This document shows, in pieces, positions 1 through 10,700 of a DNA stretch of 64,000 nt. A program made the translations under genes and the position numbers. Source of the DNA: Candidatus Latescibacterota bacterium (lineage in GTDB: Bacteria > Latescibacterota > UBA2968 > GCA-2709665); the NCBI GenBank assembly GCA_965219995.1, contig CBDCOX010000002.1:2944001-3008000 (forward strand), given 5' to 3'. The notes beneath the pieces are model-generated. The model was given only the letters and a program-made list of their open reading frames with translations, did no database searches and was not told the DNA's origin. Position 1 is the stretch's first letter, and every line of letters starts with the position of its first letter.

Positions 1-50
1 TTCTATTCGATGACCAGTGTCCGTGCGGTTCGGCAGACGGGATCAGGCTG

Positions 51-656
51 TCAGACCACCAACCCGACGTCCCTTCCTTCATTTTTCAGCTTTTGCTGCA
101 GTTTCAGACGAGCCCGGTTCACGCGGGACTTGACCGTACCCACCGGACACCGGCTGATTTTCGCAATCTCCTGGTATGACAGCCCCTCGACGTCTCGAAG
201 CAGGATGACCTGCCGGTAGTTTTCCGACAGCGACATGATGGCCTGATGAATCTGTACATCCGCGATTGAAGATTCGGTGATCCGGTCCGGCCGGTACGAC
301 TCATCGGGCAGTTCCATCCCTGTCTCGTTCTCGTCGTCCCGGTGAAGCGGAAACAGCCGCCAACGTTTTCGGCGTCTCAACTCGCTCTTGGCCAGGTTGC
401 CGGCAATTGTAAACAACCAGGTGGAGAAATTCGCGATTGCCCGATATTCGTTCCGTTTTCGATACGCCCTGAGGAAGGCCTCCTGAACAATGTCCTCGGC
501 TGTCTCCCGGTCGCCGACGAATCGAAAGACAAAGTTGTATAACCGTCCTCTGTAACGATTTACAATCTTTCCATAGGCTTCAATATCGCCATTCGCAACA
601 TCCGTCAGAATATCAACATCCGAAACCGTGCCGTTCTCCGTGCTTGCCATAAGCAT
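51..656 (-). CDS. ECF (sigma-70 group 4) RNA polymerase sigma factor, RpoE/SigW-like
   Basis: Region 2 (AEDIVQEAFLRAY, FSTWLFTIAGN) and region 4 (LSYQEIA, GTVKSRVNRAR); purine-rich RBS upstream of ATG 656. Confidence 0.95.
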   Translation of the reverse strand: MLMASTENGTVSDVDILTDVANGDIEAYGKIVNRYRGRLYNFVFRFVGDRETAEDIVQEAFLRAYRKRNEYRAIANFSTWLFTIAGNLAKSELRRRKRWRLFPLHRDDENETGMELPDESYRPDRITESSIADVQIHQAIMSLSENYRQVILLRDVEGLSYQEIAKISRCPVGTVKSRVNRARLKLQQKLKNEGRDVGLVV

Positions 657-736
657 TGACTTCCCCCCTTTCGCCTACTACGTCCTTCGGAACGGGGTCT
701 GCAGAACCCTCAATCCAGACGATTGCCAAACAGCTT

Positions 737-764
737 TTAAACCCTCTGGTTTGAGAAAAGTTCC
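737..764 (-). promoter_or_regulatory. Putative ECF/sigmaE-type promoter upstream of the ECF sigma gene
   Basis: Minus strand GGAACT-N16-GTTTAA about 80 bp upstream of the start codon. Confidence 0.65.
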
Positions 765-949
765 CGAAAAGCTAACTTTGATCCGTCATTTTCAGGAGAA
801 TCTCCACGCTGTCGATGCGGTTTCTCCGCTTGACATCCGGCATTGTTGTGGGTTAATTATAGCCGTTCCAGGAAGGAATTGCAAGACACTCCTTTACCGA
901 CGTCGAATCTGCCATTTCAACCGTTCAAAACCGAATGAGAGGGTTTTCA

Positions 950-2953
950 ATGGCGGCAAATCCAGACCGGACTCTAGAACAAGGCGGGCGATATTTCCCG
1001 CCTCAGGACCTCAGTGATCAGGCGCATGTCAGTGGTTTCGAAGCGTACGAGCGGCAGTATCAGGAATCCATCGGGGACGTCGAGGCATTCTGGGCCGACG
1101 TGGCGGGAGACTTTCACTGGTTCAGAAAATGGGATAACGTACGCGCATATAACTACAACCTTAATGAGGGGCCCATCTCCATCAGGTGGTTTGAAGGCGC
1201 GAAAACCAGCATCGCCTACAATTGCCTCGACCGCCACCTGCAGACACGCGGCGACCAGATTGCGATCATCTGGGAAGGCAACGAACCGGGTGAAGACGGA
1301 AAGCTGACCTACCGGGAACTTCACGAGCAGGTCTGCAAATTCGCCAACGTGCTGAAGTCTCGCGGCGTGAACAAAGGCGACCGGGTTTCCATATATATGC
1401 CAATGATCCCCGAACTGGCCGTCGCGATGCTCGCATGCGCCAGGATCGGCGCCGTACACTCCATCGTATTCGGCGGCTTTTCCGCCGATGCGCTTGCCGA
1501 CCGAATTGTCGATTCCACCTGCCAGGTTGTCATTACCACCGACGGCATGTTTCGAGGCGACAGGCCCATGGAACGCAAGGCTTTCGCCGATCACGCCATG
1601 GCCAATGCCGACGCTCGCATGGGCGGAAAATCCGTAGAAACCTGCATAGTCGTCCGACGCGTGGGCGAACACAAGGGTATTTCATGCCCCATGCAGGACG
1701 GCAGAGACATCTGGTGGCACGACGCCATGGCAACCGCCAGCCCGGATTGTCCCTGCGAAGAGATGGACGCCGAAGACCCGCTTTACATCCTTTATACCTC
1801 CGGGTCCACCGGCAAACCCAAGGGCGTGCAGCACAATGTAGGCGGATATATGGTATACACCGCCTATACCCACAAGAACATCTTCGACTATCATGATGGC
1901 GACATTTATTTCTGCGCCGCCGACATCGGGTGGGTCACCGGACACTCATACATCATCTACGGTCCACTGGCGAACGGCGCAACCTCCGTTATGTTCGAAA
2001 GCACACCGGTTTATCCCGATCCGGGGCGGTACTGGCAGGTAATCGACAAATACAAGGTCAATCAGTTCTATACGGCGCCAACGGCGATCCGGGCTGTTGC
2101 GAAAGAGGGAGAAGCCTGGCCGGCCAAATACGACCTCTCATCGCTGAAGCTTCTGGGGACCGTTGGCGAGCCCATCAATCCGGAAGCCTGGATGTGGTAC
2201 CACAACAACGTCGGGCGGGGCCGGTGTCCCATTGTCGACACCTGGTGGCAGACCGAAACCGGCGGTATTCTCATCACCCCGCTTCCGGGCGCAACCGCCA
2301 CGAAGCCCGGCTCCGCGACCTTTCCCTTCTTCGGTATCAGACCGGTCGTACTCGACCCGGAGACCGGAAAGGAACTGGAGGGTAACGGCGTCCAGGGCGT
2401 TCTGGCGATCGCTGAACCCTGGCCCGGCCAGATGCGCACCGTGTACGGCGACCACAAACGATTTGAGGAAACCTACTTCCAGCAATATAAGGGTTATTAT
2501 TTCACCGGGGACGGTTGTCGCAGGGACGAAGACGGCTATTACTGGATCACCGGTCGGGTGGATGACGTCATCAACATTTCCGGGCACCGCATGGGCACGG
2601 CTGAGGTGGAGTCCGCCCTGGTCTCCCACGAGGGCGTGGCGGAAGCGGCGGTGGTGGGTTTCCCGCACGACATCAAGGGCCAGGGAATCTATGCCTACGT
2701 AACCCTGAACGTGGGCGTGGAATACGTAGACGCATTGAAGGATGAACTGAAGGCATGGGTACGGAAGGAGATCGGTCCCATCGCCACACCCGACGTGATC
2801 CATTGGGCGCCGGGTCTGCCCAAAACCCGATCAGGCAAGATTATGCGCCGTATCCTGCGCAAGATAGCCGCCGACGACACCGGCGATCTCGGTGACACGT
2901 CAACGCTTGCGGAACCGGCGGTTGTGGATCAACTCCTGGAAAATCGGCAGTGA
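950..2953 (+). CDS. acs: Acetyl-CoA synthetase
   Basis: [32 protein letters not shown] motifs; RBS GAGAGGG before ATG 950. Confidence 0.97.
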   Translation: MAANPDRTLEQGGRYFPPQDLSDQAHVSGFEAYERQYQESIGDVEAFWADVAGDFHWFRKWDNVRAYNYNLNEGPISIRWFEGAKTSIAYNCLDRHLQTRGDQIAIIWEGNEPGEDGKLTYRELHEQVCKFANVLKSRGVNKGDRVSIYMPMIPELAVAMLACARIGAVHSIVFGGFSADALADRIVDSTCQVVITTDGMFRGDRPMERKAFADHAMANADARMGGKSVETCIVVRRVGEHKGISCPMQDGRDIWWHDAMATASPDCPCEEMDAEDPLYILYTSGSTGKPKGVQHNVGGYMVYTAYTHKNIFDYHDGDIYFCAADIGWVTGHSYIIYGPLANGATSVMFESTPVYPDPGRYWQVIDKYKVNQFYTAPTAIRAVAKEGEAWPAKYDLSSLKLLGTVGEPINPEAWMWYHNNVGRGRCPIVDTWWQTETGGILITPLPGATATKPGSATFPFFGIRPVVLDPETGKELEGNGVQGVLAIAEPWPGQMRTVYGDHKRFEETYFQQYKGYYFTGDGCRRDEDGYYWITGRVDDVINISGHRMGTAEVESALVSHEGVAEAAVVGFPHDIKGQGIYAYVTLNVGVEYVDALKDELKAWVRKEIGPIATPDVIHWAPGLPKTRSGKIMRRILRKIAADDTGDLGDTSTLAEPAVVDQLLENRQ

Positions 2954-2972
2954 AGTGTCCAACTCGATTTCG

Positions 2973-3012
2973 CAACGTCAAGAGGGAGCCGGATGGCTCC
3001 CTCTTGACGTTG
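2973..3012 (+). terminator. Perfect 18-bp hairpin after acs, probable terminator
   Basis: CAACGTCAAGAGGGAGCC-ggat-GGCTCCCTCTTGACGTTG; weak U-tract. Confidence 0.6.
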
Positions 3013-3035
3013 TATATGTGACGCATCGTACCTGC

Positions 3036-3743
3036 ATGAACCCGTCATCCCGTAAATCTCTTCTCCTGCTCTCCGGCGGCATGGATTCCACCACCCTGCT
3101 ATGGTGGATGCGTGACCGCGGCATCTCCGAAATCCACACCGTTTCGGTCGACTATGGCCAGCGCCACGCGGTGGAACTCGAATCCAGCGCGGCGCTCTCC
3201 CGGATGGCTGGCGCGGCGTCCCACCGCTGTCTGAAACTCGACCTTCGGCAGATTGGGGGGAATCCGCTCACGGACACAGGGCATGCGGTTCCCGCAGCGA
3301 ATCAGGGTAGGCAGACGCTAACCGTCGTCCCCTTCCGCAACATGCTGTTCGTGACACTGGCCGCCGCATGGGCAGAGCTGAAGGGTTGCGGGAATCTCTA
3401 TCTCTCGCCGGTCCGGAATGACTTTGAGATTTACCGGGACTGCCGTCGCGGATTTTACGATATGCTTGAAAAAACTCTGTGCCTGGGCGCCACGCGGAAG
3501 ACCGACTACCGGATCCACACCCCGTTTTTGGAGAAATGGAAAGACGAGGTCGTGAGCCTGGGTCTCGACCTGGGCGTGCCCTACGTCGAGACCCACACGT
3601 GCTACGAAGGCAGACGCCCCGCCTGCGGCCGTTGCGACGCCTGCGTGGAACGCATCGCCGCATTTCGCGCCAATCGCACCGTGGATCCGCTGCCCTACGA
3701 AATCGAAATCGACTGGACGCGACCCTCGACACCCCGTCAATAG
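3036..3743 (+). CDS. queC: 7-cyano-7-deazaguanine synthase
   Basis: SGGMDST PP-loop, DYGQRH, VPFRN, YxDCR, Zn motif TCY...CGRCDAC. Confidence 0.88.
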   Translation: MNPSSRKSLLLLSGGMDSTTLLWWMRDRGISEIHTVSVDYGQRHAVELESSAALSRMAGAASHRCLKLDLRQIGGNPLTDTGHAVPAANQGRQTLTVVPFRNMLFVTLAAAWAELKGCGNLYLSPVRNDFEIYRDCRRGFYDMLEKTLCLGATRKTDYRIHTPFLEKWKDEVVSLGLDLGVPYVETHTCYEGRRPACGRCDACVERIAAFRANRTVDPLPYEIEIDWTRPSTPRQ

Positions 3744-3773
3744 GCGGCCTCGCGCACCGTATCTCCTACCGGA

Positions 3774-4820
3774 CTATGCATTTTTCAGTGCCGTCACTGT
3801 TTCGATCAGACGACGGTCCGCGTTGTATCGAAGCTGCAGAATCTCATCGAGTTGCCCGGGGCTGGCGTTTCCGGACGACAGCCGATAGACCTCGAGTCTG
3901 TCCGCCAGCGCGTTCATGACCATATCGAGAAGGATGAGATCCGACGCGTCGTCCTCGACCATGCACTCATCCGCAAGCACGCGGCGAACCACTTTCAGGC
4001 GATCCCGCAATGCTTCCTCGTCTATCTGCTCGACTTTGGTCCGACTGACCAGCGGGGTGGAAAGCGTCGCCAGAAATCCTTCGCTCAGATATTTGCGGGC
4101 TTTCTCTTCGGTCCAGTTGTCCGCCAGGATTTCCACAACGGACTGCGGGACCCGCTCGGCCCGCTCCCGGTTCTCAGCAGACCCGCCGCCTTCGTTCTGC
4201 CGGCGCGGCTGCCGGCGCCGTCTGTTTCGGCGATGCTCCTGTGCGCCTCTGGCCTGCGGTTCCTGCGTCCTTTCGGCCGGGGCTTCGGACGGCGCGTCCG
4301 CTGCCGGTTCGGGAGGCGGCGTCTCCGCAGACTTTGTGGTTTCCGGCACAGGCTCGGCAACGGCTTCCCCAGCCTTCGCCGGCTCTGGGGATGCCGTTTC
4401 TGTTGTCGCGGCTTCCGGCGGCGCCGCGGCTTTGTCAGCTTCTTTCTCGGATTGAGTCTGCTGCTTGTCCTCCGCTTTCGCCCGTGTCGTGCGCTTCGTG
4501 GAGGTTGTCGATTTCCGGGGCCGTTTCGCGGGCCGCCGCGAAATCACGCGCTTCTCGGAAACATCCGCCGGTTTCTCGGCTGGCTGACCTGAATCTTCCT
4601 GGGGATCGCCTTCGGTCTTGTTGCCCTGTTCCTCCGCCGGAGCGGTCCGGCTTCGGGTTGTTCTCTTCGGTTTCTTGCTGCCGCTCCGGGTACGCTTGGC
4701 GGGCCGCCGCGAGACCACGCGCCTTTCAGAATCCGTGGGGTCTTCCTTCTTTTCCGTACCAGGGGCTTCCGATCCGGGTTGATCATTCTCCTCGGAAGGA
4801 GAATCCTGAATAACGTCCAT
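3774..4820 (-). CDS. Hypothetical protein: long low-complexity N-terminus with duplicated basic motif, helical C-terminal domain
   Basis: Strong RBS AGGGAGGT before ATG 4820; SE(R/K)RV(V/I)SRRPAKR occurs twice. Confidence 0.75.
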   Translation of the reverse strand: MDVIQDSPSEENDQPGSEAPGTEKKEDPTDSERRVVSRRPAKRTRSGSKKPKRTTRSRTAPAEEQGNKTEGDPQEDSGQPAEKPADVSEKRVISRRPAKRPRKSTTSTKRTTRAKAEDKQQTQSEKEADKAAAPPEAATTETASPEPAKAGEAVAEPVPETTKSAETPPPEPAADAPSEAPAERTQEPQARGAQEHRRNRRRRQPRRQNEGGGSAENRERAERVPQSVVEILADNWTEEKARKYLSEGFLATLSTPLVSRTKVEQIDEEALRDRLKVVRRVLADECMVEDDASDLILLDMVMNALADRLEVYRLSSGNASPGQLDEILQLRYNADRRLIETVTALKNA

Positions 4821-4951
4821 ATACCTCCCTTCGAGCCGTAGACGTCGCATCACCCGCGAATTCGTCTACAACCGTCCACAATATTGAGCCTGCCCGAAAA
4901 CATCGATCTAATTCGACAATATAAGCAAATGTGATCCTCGTTTACCAGATG

Positions 4952-4982
4952 AAAAAGGGCCGGCCAGTATCGGCCGCCCCTT
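4952..4982 (-). terminator. Rho-independent terminator of groESL
   Basis: GC-rich stem AAGGGcCGGCC/GGCCGcCCCTT with A-run on the left (U-tract on minus strand). Confidence 0.7.
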
Positions 4983-5011
4983 GAATTTCCGCGCGATGAT
5001 GCATGCACGGA

Positions 5012-6643
5012 TTAGTGATGTTCGTGGCCGTGGCCGTGACCCGGTGGCTCCTTTTCCTCTTCCGGGACTTCCGTGACAAGCGTCTCCGTTGTCAACAGCA
5101 GCCCGGCGATGCTGGCCGCGTTCTCAACTGCAGAACGCACGACCTTGGTGGGATCGGCCACGCCCGATTCAATCAGGTCTTCGTAGGTTTCGGTGAGCGC
5201 GTTGAACCCGAAAGCGCCTTCACCCTCCATGACTCGATGCACAACCAGACTGCCCTCGTGGCCCGCGTTATCGGCAATCTTCCTCAGTGGCGCCTCCAAC
5301 GCCTTGGCCAGCAGGTCCACGCCCGTTTTCCGGTCGCCGCGAACCCGGCTGCGAACCTTATCCAGCGAAGGAATGCACCTCACGAGGGCCACACCGCCGC
5401 CGGGCACGATTCCCTCCTCGACAGCCGCACGGGTCGCGTGCAGGGCATCTTCCACTCTCGCCTTTTTCTCCTTCATTTCGGTTTCGGTCGCGGCGCCGAC
5501 GTTTACCACTGCCACACCGCCGGCCAGCTTGGCGAGTCGCTCCTGGAGTTTCTCCCGGTCGTAGTCCGAGGTGGTCTCCTCAATCTGCATGCGTATCTGG
5601 CTGACGCGTCCCTGGATGTCGTCGGTGGCTCCGGCGCCCTCCACGATCGTCGTATTGTCCTTATCGATGACAATTCGCTTGGCCTGCCCCAGATCGTCAA
5701 GTTGTATATTTTCCAGCTTGATTCCCAGATCTTCGGAAATCACCCGGCCGCCGGTGAGAATCGCGATATCCGCAAGCATTTCCTTCCGACGGTCGCCGTA
5801 ACCGGGCGCTTTTACCGCTGCCGCCTTGATGGTCCCCCGGACCTTGTTCACGACAAACGTCGCCAGCGCTTCACCCTCCACGTCTTCGGCGATTACCAGG
5901 AGTGCCTTGCCGGCTTGCGCGGTTTTCTCCAGCAAGGGAAGGAGATCTTTCATATTGGAAAGCTTTTTTTCGTAGATCAGCAGATACGCATCTTCCAGAA
6001 TCGCTTCCATGTCGTCCTGGTCGGTCACAAAATACGGCGAAATGTATCCCCGATCGAACTGCATGCCCTCCACCACGTCCAGCGTCGTTTCGATCGACTT
6101 GGCTTCCTCGACGGTTATCGTGCCGTCTTTGCCAACCTTCTCCATCGAATCGGCGATAATTTCTCCTATGCTGCTGTCGTTATTGGCAGAGACCGTGGCC
6201 ACCTGCGCGATTTCCTTACGGCCCGTGACCTCCTGGGACTGTGCCCGCAGCGCCTCAGTCACTTCGCTGACACCCTCGTCGATTCCACGCTTGATGTCCA
6301 TGGGGTTGGCGCCGGCCGTCACATTCTTGAGCCCATCGCGATAGATGGCTTCCGCAAGGACTGTGGCCGTGGTGGTGCCGTCGCCCGCAACGTCGGACGT
6401 TTTGGAAGCGACCTCTTTCACCATCTGGGCGCCCATGTTCTCATAGGGATCGGGCAACTCGATCTCTTTGGCCACCGTCACACCGTCTTTGGTTACCGTT
6501 GGTGACCCCCATTTTTTGCCGAGAACGACGTTCCGGCCACGCGGGCCCAGCGTCGCTTTAACGGCTTTGCTCAGGATGTCCACGCCGTCGAGAACCTTTG
6601 ACCGGGCGTCTATCCCGTAGCTCAGTTGCTTGGCTGGCATCAT
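5012..6643 (-). CDS. groEL: Chaperonin GroEL (Cpn60) with His-rich C-terminus
   Basis: [29 protein letters not shown]; ends [11 protein letters not shown]. Confidence 0.98.
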   Translation of the reverse strand: MMPAKQLSYGIDARSKVLDGVDILSKAVKATLGPRGRNVVLGKKWGSPTVTKDGVTVAKEIELPDPYENMGAQMVKEVASKTSDVAGDGTTTATVLAEAIYRDGLKNVTAGANPMDIKRGIDEGVSEVTEALRAQSQEVTGRKEIAQVATVSANNDSSIGEIIADSMEKVGKDGTITVEEAKSIETTLDVVEGMQFDRGYISPYFVTDQDDMEAILEDAYLLIYEKKLSNMKDLLPLLEKTAQAGKALLVIAEDVEGEALATFVVNKVRGTIKAAAVKAPGYGDRRKEMLADIAILTGGRVISEDLGIKLENIQLDDLGQAKRIVIDKDNTTIVEGAGATDDIQGRVSQIRMQIEETTSDYDREKLQERLAKLAGGVAVVNVGAATETEMKEKKARVEDALHATRAAVEEGIVPGGGVALVRCIPSLDKVRSRVRGDRKTGVDLLAKALEAPLRKIADNAGHEGSLVVHRVMEGEGAFGFNALTETYEDLIESGVADPTKVVRSAVENAASIAGLLLTTETLVTEVPEEEKEPPGHGHGHEHH

Positions 6644-6679
6644 GTCCCTCCTGTTTTCGGTTGTGTTCGCGGCGCATCG

Positions 6680-6970
6680 CTATTCCAGGATTCCCAGAAT
6701 ATCTTCTTCGGATGCAATGACAAGCTCTTCTCCGCCCACCTCCACCTCGGTCCCTGCAAATTGCCCGATCAGTACGCGGTTGCCCACGCTGACCGAAACC
6801 GGTACCGGATCGCCGGACTTGTCATTGACTTTGCCCGGCCCCACCGCGACGACCTCGGCTTCGAGTGGTTTTTCCTTGGCTGTATCGGGAATAATGATGC
6901 CGCCCTGGACCTGTTCATCGGCTTCAATCCGCCGGAGAAGTACCCGGTCGGCCAGAGGCTTCACTGTCAT
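6680..6970 (-). CDS. groES: Co-chaperonin GroES
   Basis: KPLADRVL, GGIIIPDTAKEKP, VVAVGPG; RBS GAAGGAGG. Confidence 0.97.
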   Translation of the reverse strand: MTVKPLADRVLLRRIEADEQVQGGIIIPDTAKEKPLEAEVVAVGPGKVNDKSGDPVPVSVSVGNRVLIGQFAGTEVEVGGEELVIASEEDILGILE

Positions 6971-7036
6971 CAGGCCCTCCTTCACAAGTATGCCGTTTAC
7001 GTTAACCCATTTATTAATATATGCTTCTTCAGACTA

Positions 7037-7063
7037 TTGGCACTCAACGGGACAGAGTGCCAA
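7037..7063. promoter_or_regulatory. CIRCE element (HrcA operator)
   Basis: TTGGCACTC-N9-GAGTGCCAA between the promoter and groES. Confidence 0.93.
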
Positions 7064-7070
7064 TAGACCA

Positions 7071-7099
7071 AATATACATGCTTTGATTTTGTGACGCAA
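7071..7099 (-). promoter_or_regulatory. Sigma70-type promoter of groESL
   Basis: TTGCGT-N17-TATATT immediately upstream of CIRCE. Confidence 0.7.
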
Positions 7100-7120
7100 G
7101 GACAAATTCCCTGAAAGCAC

Positions 7121-7149
7121 AAAAAAGCGCATTACGTATGGTAATGCGC
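7121..7149 (-). terminator. Rho-independent terminator after secA/rhodanese
   Basis: GCGCATTAC-N5-GTAATGCGC stem followed by U6 on the minus strand. Confidence 0.8.
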
Positions 7150-7198
7150 CCGGGCCCGATTTCCTGTTGCGGCCTGTTAGCCGTCCGCGGCATTCCCT

Positions 7199-7675
7199 CT
7201 ACGTTATCGAACGACCCAGCAGCTCTTTCTTCCGGGCAATCCGTTCCTGAAGGTGTTCTATTTCGGCTTCCAGCAGTTCAGGACGGTCCACATCGCCGGT
7301 CTCTTCCGGCGGGGGCGGCTGTTCCGACGGAAGGGATGCATCCGCCCAGTCGTCGTACCCGCCCTCCATTGAGATCACCCGCTCGTAGCCCAGTTCCTTC
7401 AGAGATTCCGCGGCCAGCAGAGAACGTACGCCTCCGGCGCAATACACCACCACTTCCCGGGATTTATCGGGAATCCTGGATTCGGCCTCGGCTTCAAGGC
7501 GTCCTCTGGGAATATGGACGGCCCCGCGCAGATGTCCGGACTCCCACTCGTCGAGGGCGCGCACATCCAGCAGAACGGGGGATTCGCCGCTGTTCAGATG
7601 ATGATGCACCTCCCGAACGCTCATTTCCGGAATCTGCCTGCGGGCCTCACTCAACAGGTCATCTCGGGATTTCAT
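7199..7675 (-). CDS. Rhodanese-domain sulfurtransferase with C-terminal coiled-coil-like tail
   Basis: LLDVR..EW..GHLRGA, active loop YCAGGVRS, MEGGYDDW. Confidence 0.88.
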   Translation of the reverse strand: MKSRDDLLSEARRQIPEMSVREVHHHLNSGESPVLLDVRALDEWESGHLRGAVHIPRGRLEAEAESRIPDKSREVVVYCAGGVRSLLAAESLKELGYERVISMEGGYDDWADASLPSEQPPPPEETGDVDRPELLEAEIEHLQERIARKKELLGRSIT

Positions 7676-7747
7676 CGCCTCTGAGCTCCTTTACTCGTTC
7701 CCGCAGGATTTCGTACCGGACTGCAACGGTTCTGCCGCCGCGGTTCC

Positions 7748-10700
7748 TCAGGCGGGTACCCGACCCGGCTGACCGTGACACTTCTTGTATTTCTTGCCGC
7801 TTCCGCACGGACATGGGCTGTTCCTGCCTACCTTCTGCACCCGTACCGGACGCTGTCTGGGCGGACCGCCTTCCGACGCGCTGGTGGAAGTATCGGCAAT
7901 CGGCGACGCCTCGCCGCCAATGTCAAAACCCATGCCGGTGGCATCCTGATGCACGAGCGAGACCTGCTGTGGCCGGCGGCCTCCGGGTCTTGTCATTTCC
8001 TCTTCGACCGGGATTCGAAACAGCGTTTTCAGCGTTTCCCTGTTGATCTCGTCCAGGAGATCGACGAACATCTGAAACCCTTCACGCTTGTATTCGATCA
8101 GCGGGTCCTTCTGCCCGTATCCGCGGAGACCGATGCCCTCCTTGAGGTCGTCCATTTCCCTGAGGTGGTCCTTCCACTTTTCGTCGGTAACCCCCAGGTA
8201 GACCATCCGCTCGATTTCCCGCATCCTTGCAGCACCGATCAGGCTTTCGCGTCGCCGATATGCCGACCTGATCCCATCGAACAACCTTTCCCGGAATCCA
8301 TCCTCTTTGAGCTCGGGCAACGTCTCCGGAGGCACTTCGGGGACCTGAAGGAATATCTGGCGCAGGTCGCGATAGAGTCCGTCAAGGTCCCAGTCGTCCT
8401 GGGTGCCTTCGTCCGGAAGGTGGCTCCCGAAGGAGGCGTTCACCACGTCCTCCATCTCTTCTTCGATCTGCTCGTAGATATTGTGTTGTTCCAGCGCATG
8501 GCGTCGCCGGTCGTATACGACCTCCCGCTGCTGGTTCATCACGTCGTCGTATTCGAGCAGATGTTTGCGCACCTCGAAGTTCCGCGCTTCCACGCGTTTC
8601 TGCGCCCGCTCGATGGATCGGGTGACCATCCGGTGTTCGATCACCTCGCCCTCTTCGGCTCCCAGCCGGTCCATGATCCGGGCAATCCGTTCTGATCCGA
8701 AGAGCCGCATCAGATCGTCTTCCAGTGAAATGAAGAACCGGGAATTTCCAGGGTCGCCCTGTCGACCGGCACGCCCCCTGAGCTGCCGGTCTATTCGCCG
8801 CGCCTCGTGTCGCTCGGTGCCGATAATGTGCAATCCGCAGGGTATTTCCTCCCGGCAACGGTATTCTTCCAGGTGCGGGCACAGCCTCCCCTCGCCATTC
8901 GCGCCGGGTATCAGCGCGCAATGATGGTCTTCAGGCGCCTTGACCACGCCGTCACCCAGCGTGATGTCCGTTCCGCGACCCGCCATGTTGGTCGCAATGG
9001 TCACCGCTCCCGGCTGTCCGGCCATTGCAACGATCTGGGCTTCCTGCTGGTTGTGGCGGGCGTTGAGCACAGAGTGTCTGATGCCCTTGCGTTTCAACAT
9101 GCGCGACAGCAGCTCGGAGACTTCGACGCTGATCGTGCCGACCAATACGGGCAGGTTCATGTGGTTCAACCGCTCGATCTCATCCACGATGGCGCTGTAT
9201 TTCTCACGTTTGGTCCTGAAGATCAGGTCCTCCGAATCGATCCGCCGCACGGGTTCGTTCGTGGGCAACACCACAACGTCGAGCTTGTAGATCTGAAACA
9301 GTTCCGCCGCCTCGGTCTCGGCGGTTCCGGTCATCCCCGCCAGCTTGTAGTACAGTCGAAAGTAGTTCTGCAAGGTGATCGTGGCAATCGTCTGGGTGTC
9401 CCGTTCCACCTTGACCCGCTCTTTCGCCTCCAGAGCCTGGTGCAGCCCGTCCGCGAATCGTCGACCCGGCTGGGGGCGTCCGGTGAATTCGTCCACGATA
9501 ATCACCTGGCCGCCGTCCACGATATACCTTACATCCTTTTCGTACAGCGTATGGGCGACCAGAAGCTGCTGCACACTGTGAATCGCCTCGCTCTTTCGGG
9601 CGTAGTCCTGGTACGCGTCGTCCTGGGCTCTGGCCTTTTCGTCCGGCGGCTTCGAATCGTCAGCTTCGATTTCGTGAAGAACTTCATCCAGGTCCGGCAG
9701 CACGAAGTCGTCCGGCTTTCTGCTGATTTCGACGCGACCCTTATCGGTCAGGTCGATCACATGGCTCTTCTCGTCAACGCTGAAGTACAGGTCCTCGTCG
9801 ATCTCGGCCATTCGCTTGTCGCGAAGGTAGTCCGCCTCAACCCGGCCGATCAGGCGTTTGGTCCCCTCTTCCTGCAACAGCTTCATGAACCGGCGGTTCT
9901 TTGGCATGCCCCGCTGGACCTGCAGCAACCGGATCCCGGCCTCGTATTCCTCCTCGTCGAGGCGTTCCTCCGCTTCGTTCAACGTCCCTGTCACCACGCG
10001 CGTCTGCGCCCTGACCAGCCGCTCCACAAGCGGCCGCATCTCATCGTACCGCTGGTTGTCGGCCTCCGCCACCGCACCGGAGATGATCAGCGGCGTCCTG
10101 GCTTCGTCGATCAGTATGCTGTCCGCTTCGTCGATAATCGCGAAGTAGTGTTCGCGCTGCATCAGGTCATCGGGGCGAACCGCCATATTGTCATAGAGAT
10201 AATCGAACCCGAACTGGTCCTTCGTGCCATAGATGATATCGGCCCGATAGGCCTCCTGATGATCGCATTCCCGCAGCCGGTACCCGCCCTGCCCATCCTC
10301 CTCCATGCGATAGGCCTCCGCCTCCATGGAGCGGTCCTGAATGATGCCCACGCTCATCCCGAGAAAGAGATAGACGGGCCCAAGCCACATGGCGTCTCGC
10401 TTTGCCAGATAGGAGTTCACCGTTACGAGATGGGCGCCGCGTCCCGTCAATCCGTTCAGATAAAGCGGCATGCCCGCCACCAGCGTCTTGCCCTCGCCAG
10501 TGGCCATTTCGGCAATTTTTCCCTGGTGCAGCACGATTCCGCCGAGCATCTGCACGTCGTAAGGCACCATATCCCAGACGATGGCTTCCCCTGCGCGCTC
10601 CCACTGCTTTCCCTCCGCCTTGAAACGGCGGCACGTCTCTTTATAGACCGCATAGGCTTCAGGTAAAACTTCCTCCAGTGTCTCCGCCTCGACTTCCCTG

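Noticed and set aside
2973-3035. Possible preQ1 riboswitch upstream of queC
   Set aside because: Only a simple perfect hairpin; no preQ1 loop or A-rich tail consensus seen.
3036-3743. queC as part of a defence or DNA-modification system (QatC, Cap9, dpd)
   Set aside because: Normal QueC length and motifs, housekeeping neighbours, no TatD, ATPase, DpdA or CBASS genes.
5003-6505. Long antisense ORFs opposite real genes (e.g. 5003-6505, 8807-10666, 26309-27979, 43672-45375, 61819-63618)
   Set aside because: Shadow ORFs expected from high-GC codon bias; no protein motifs.
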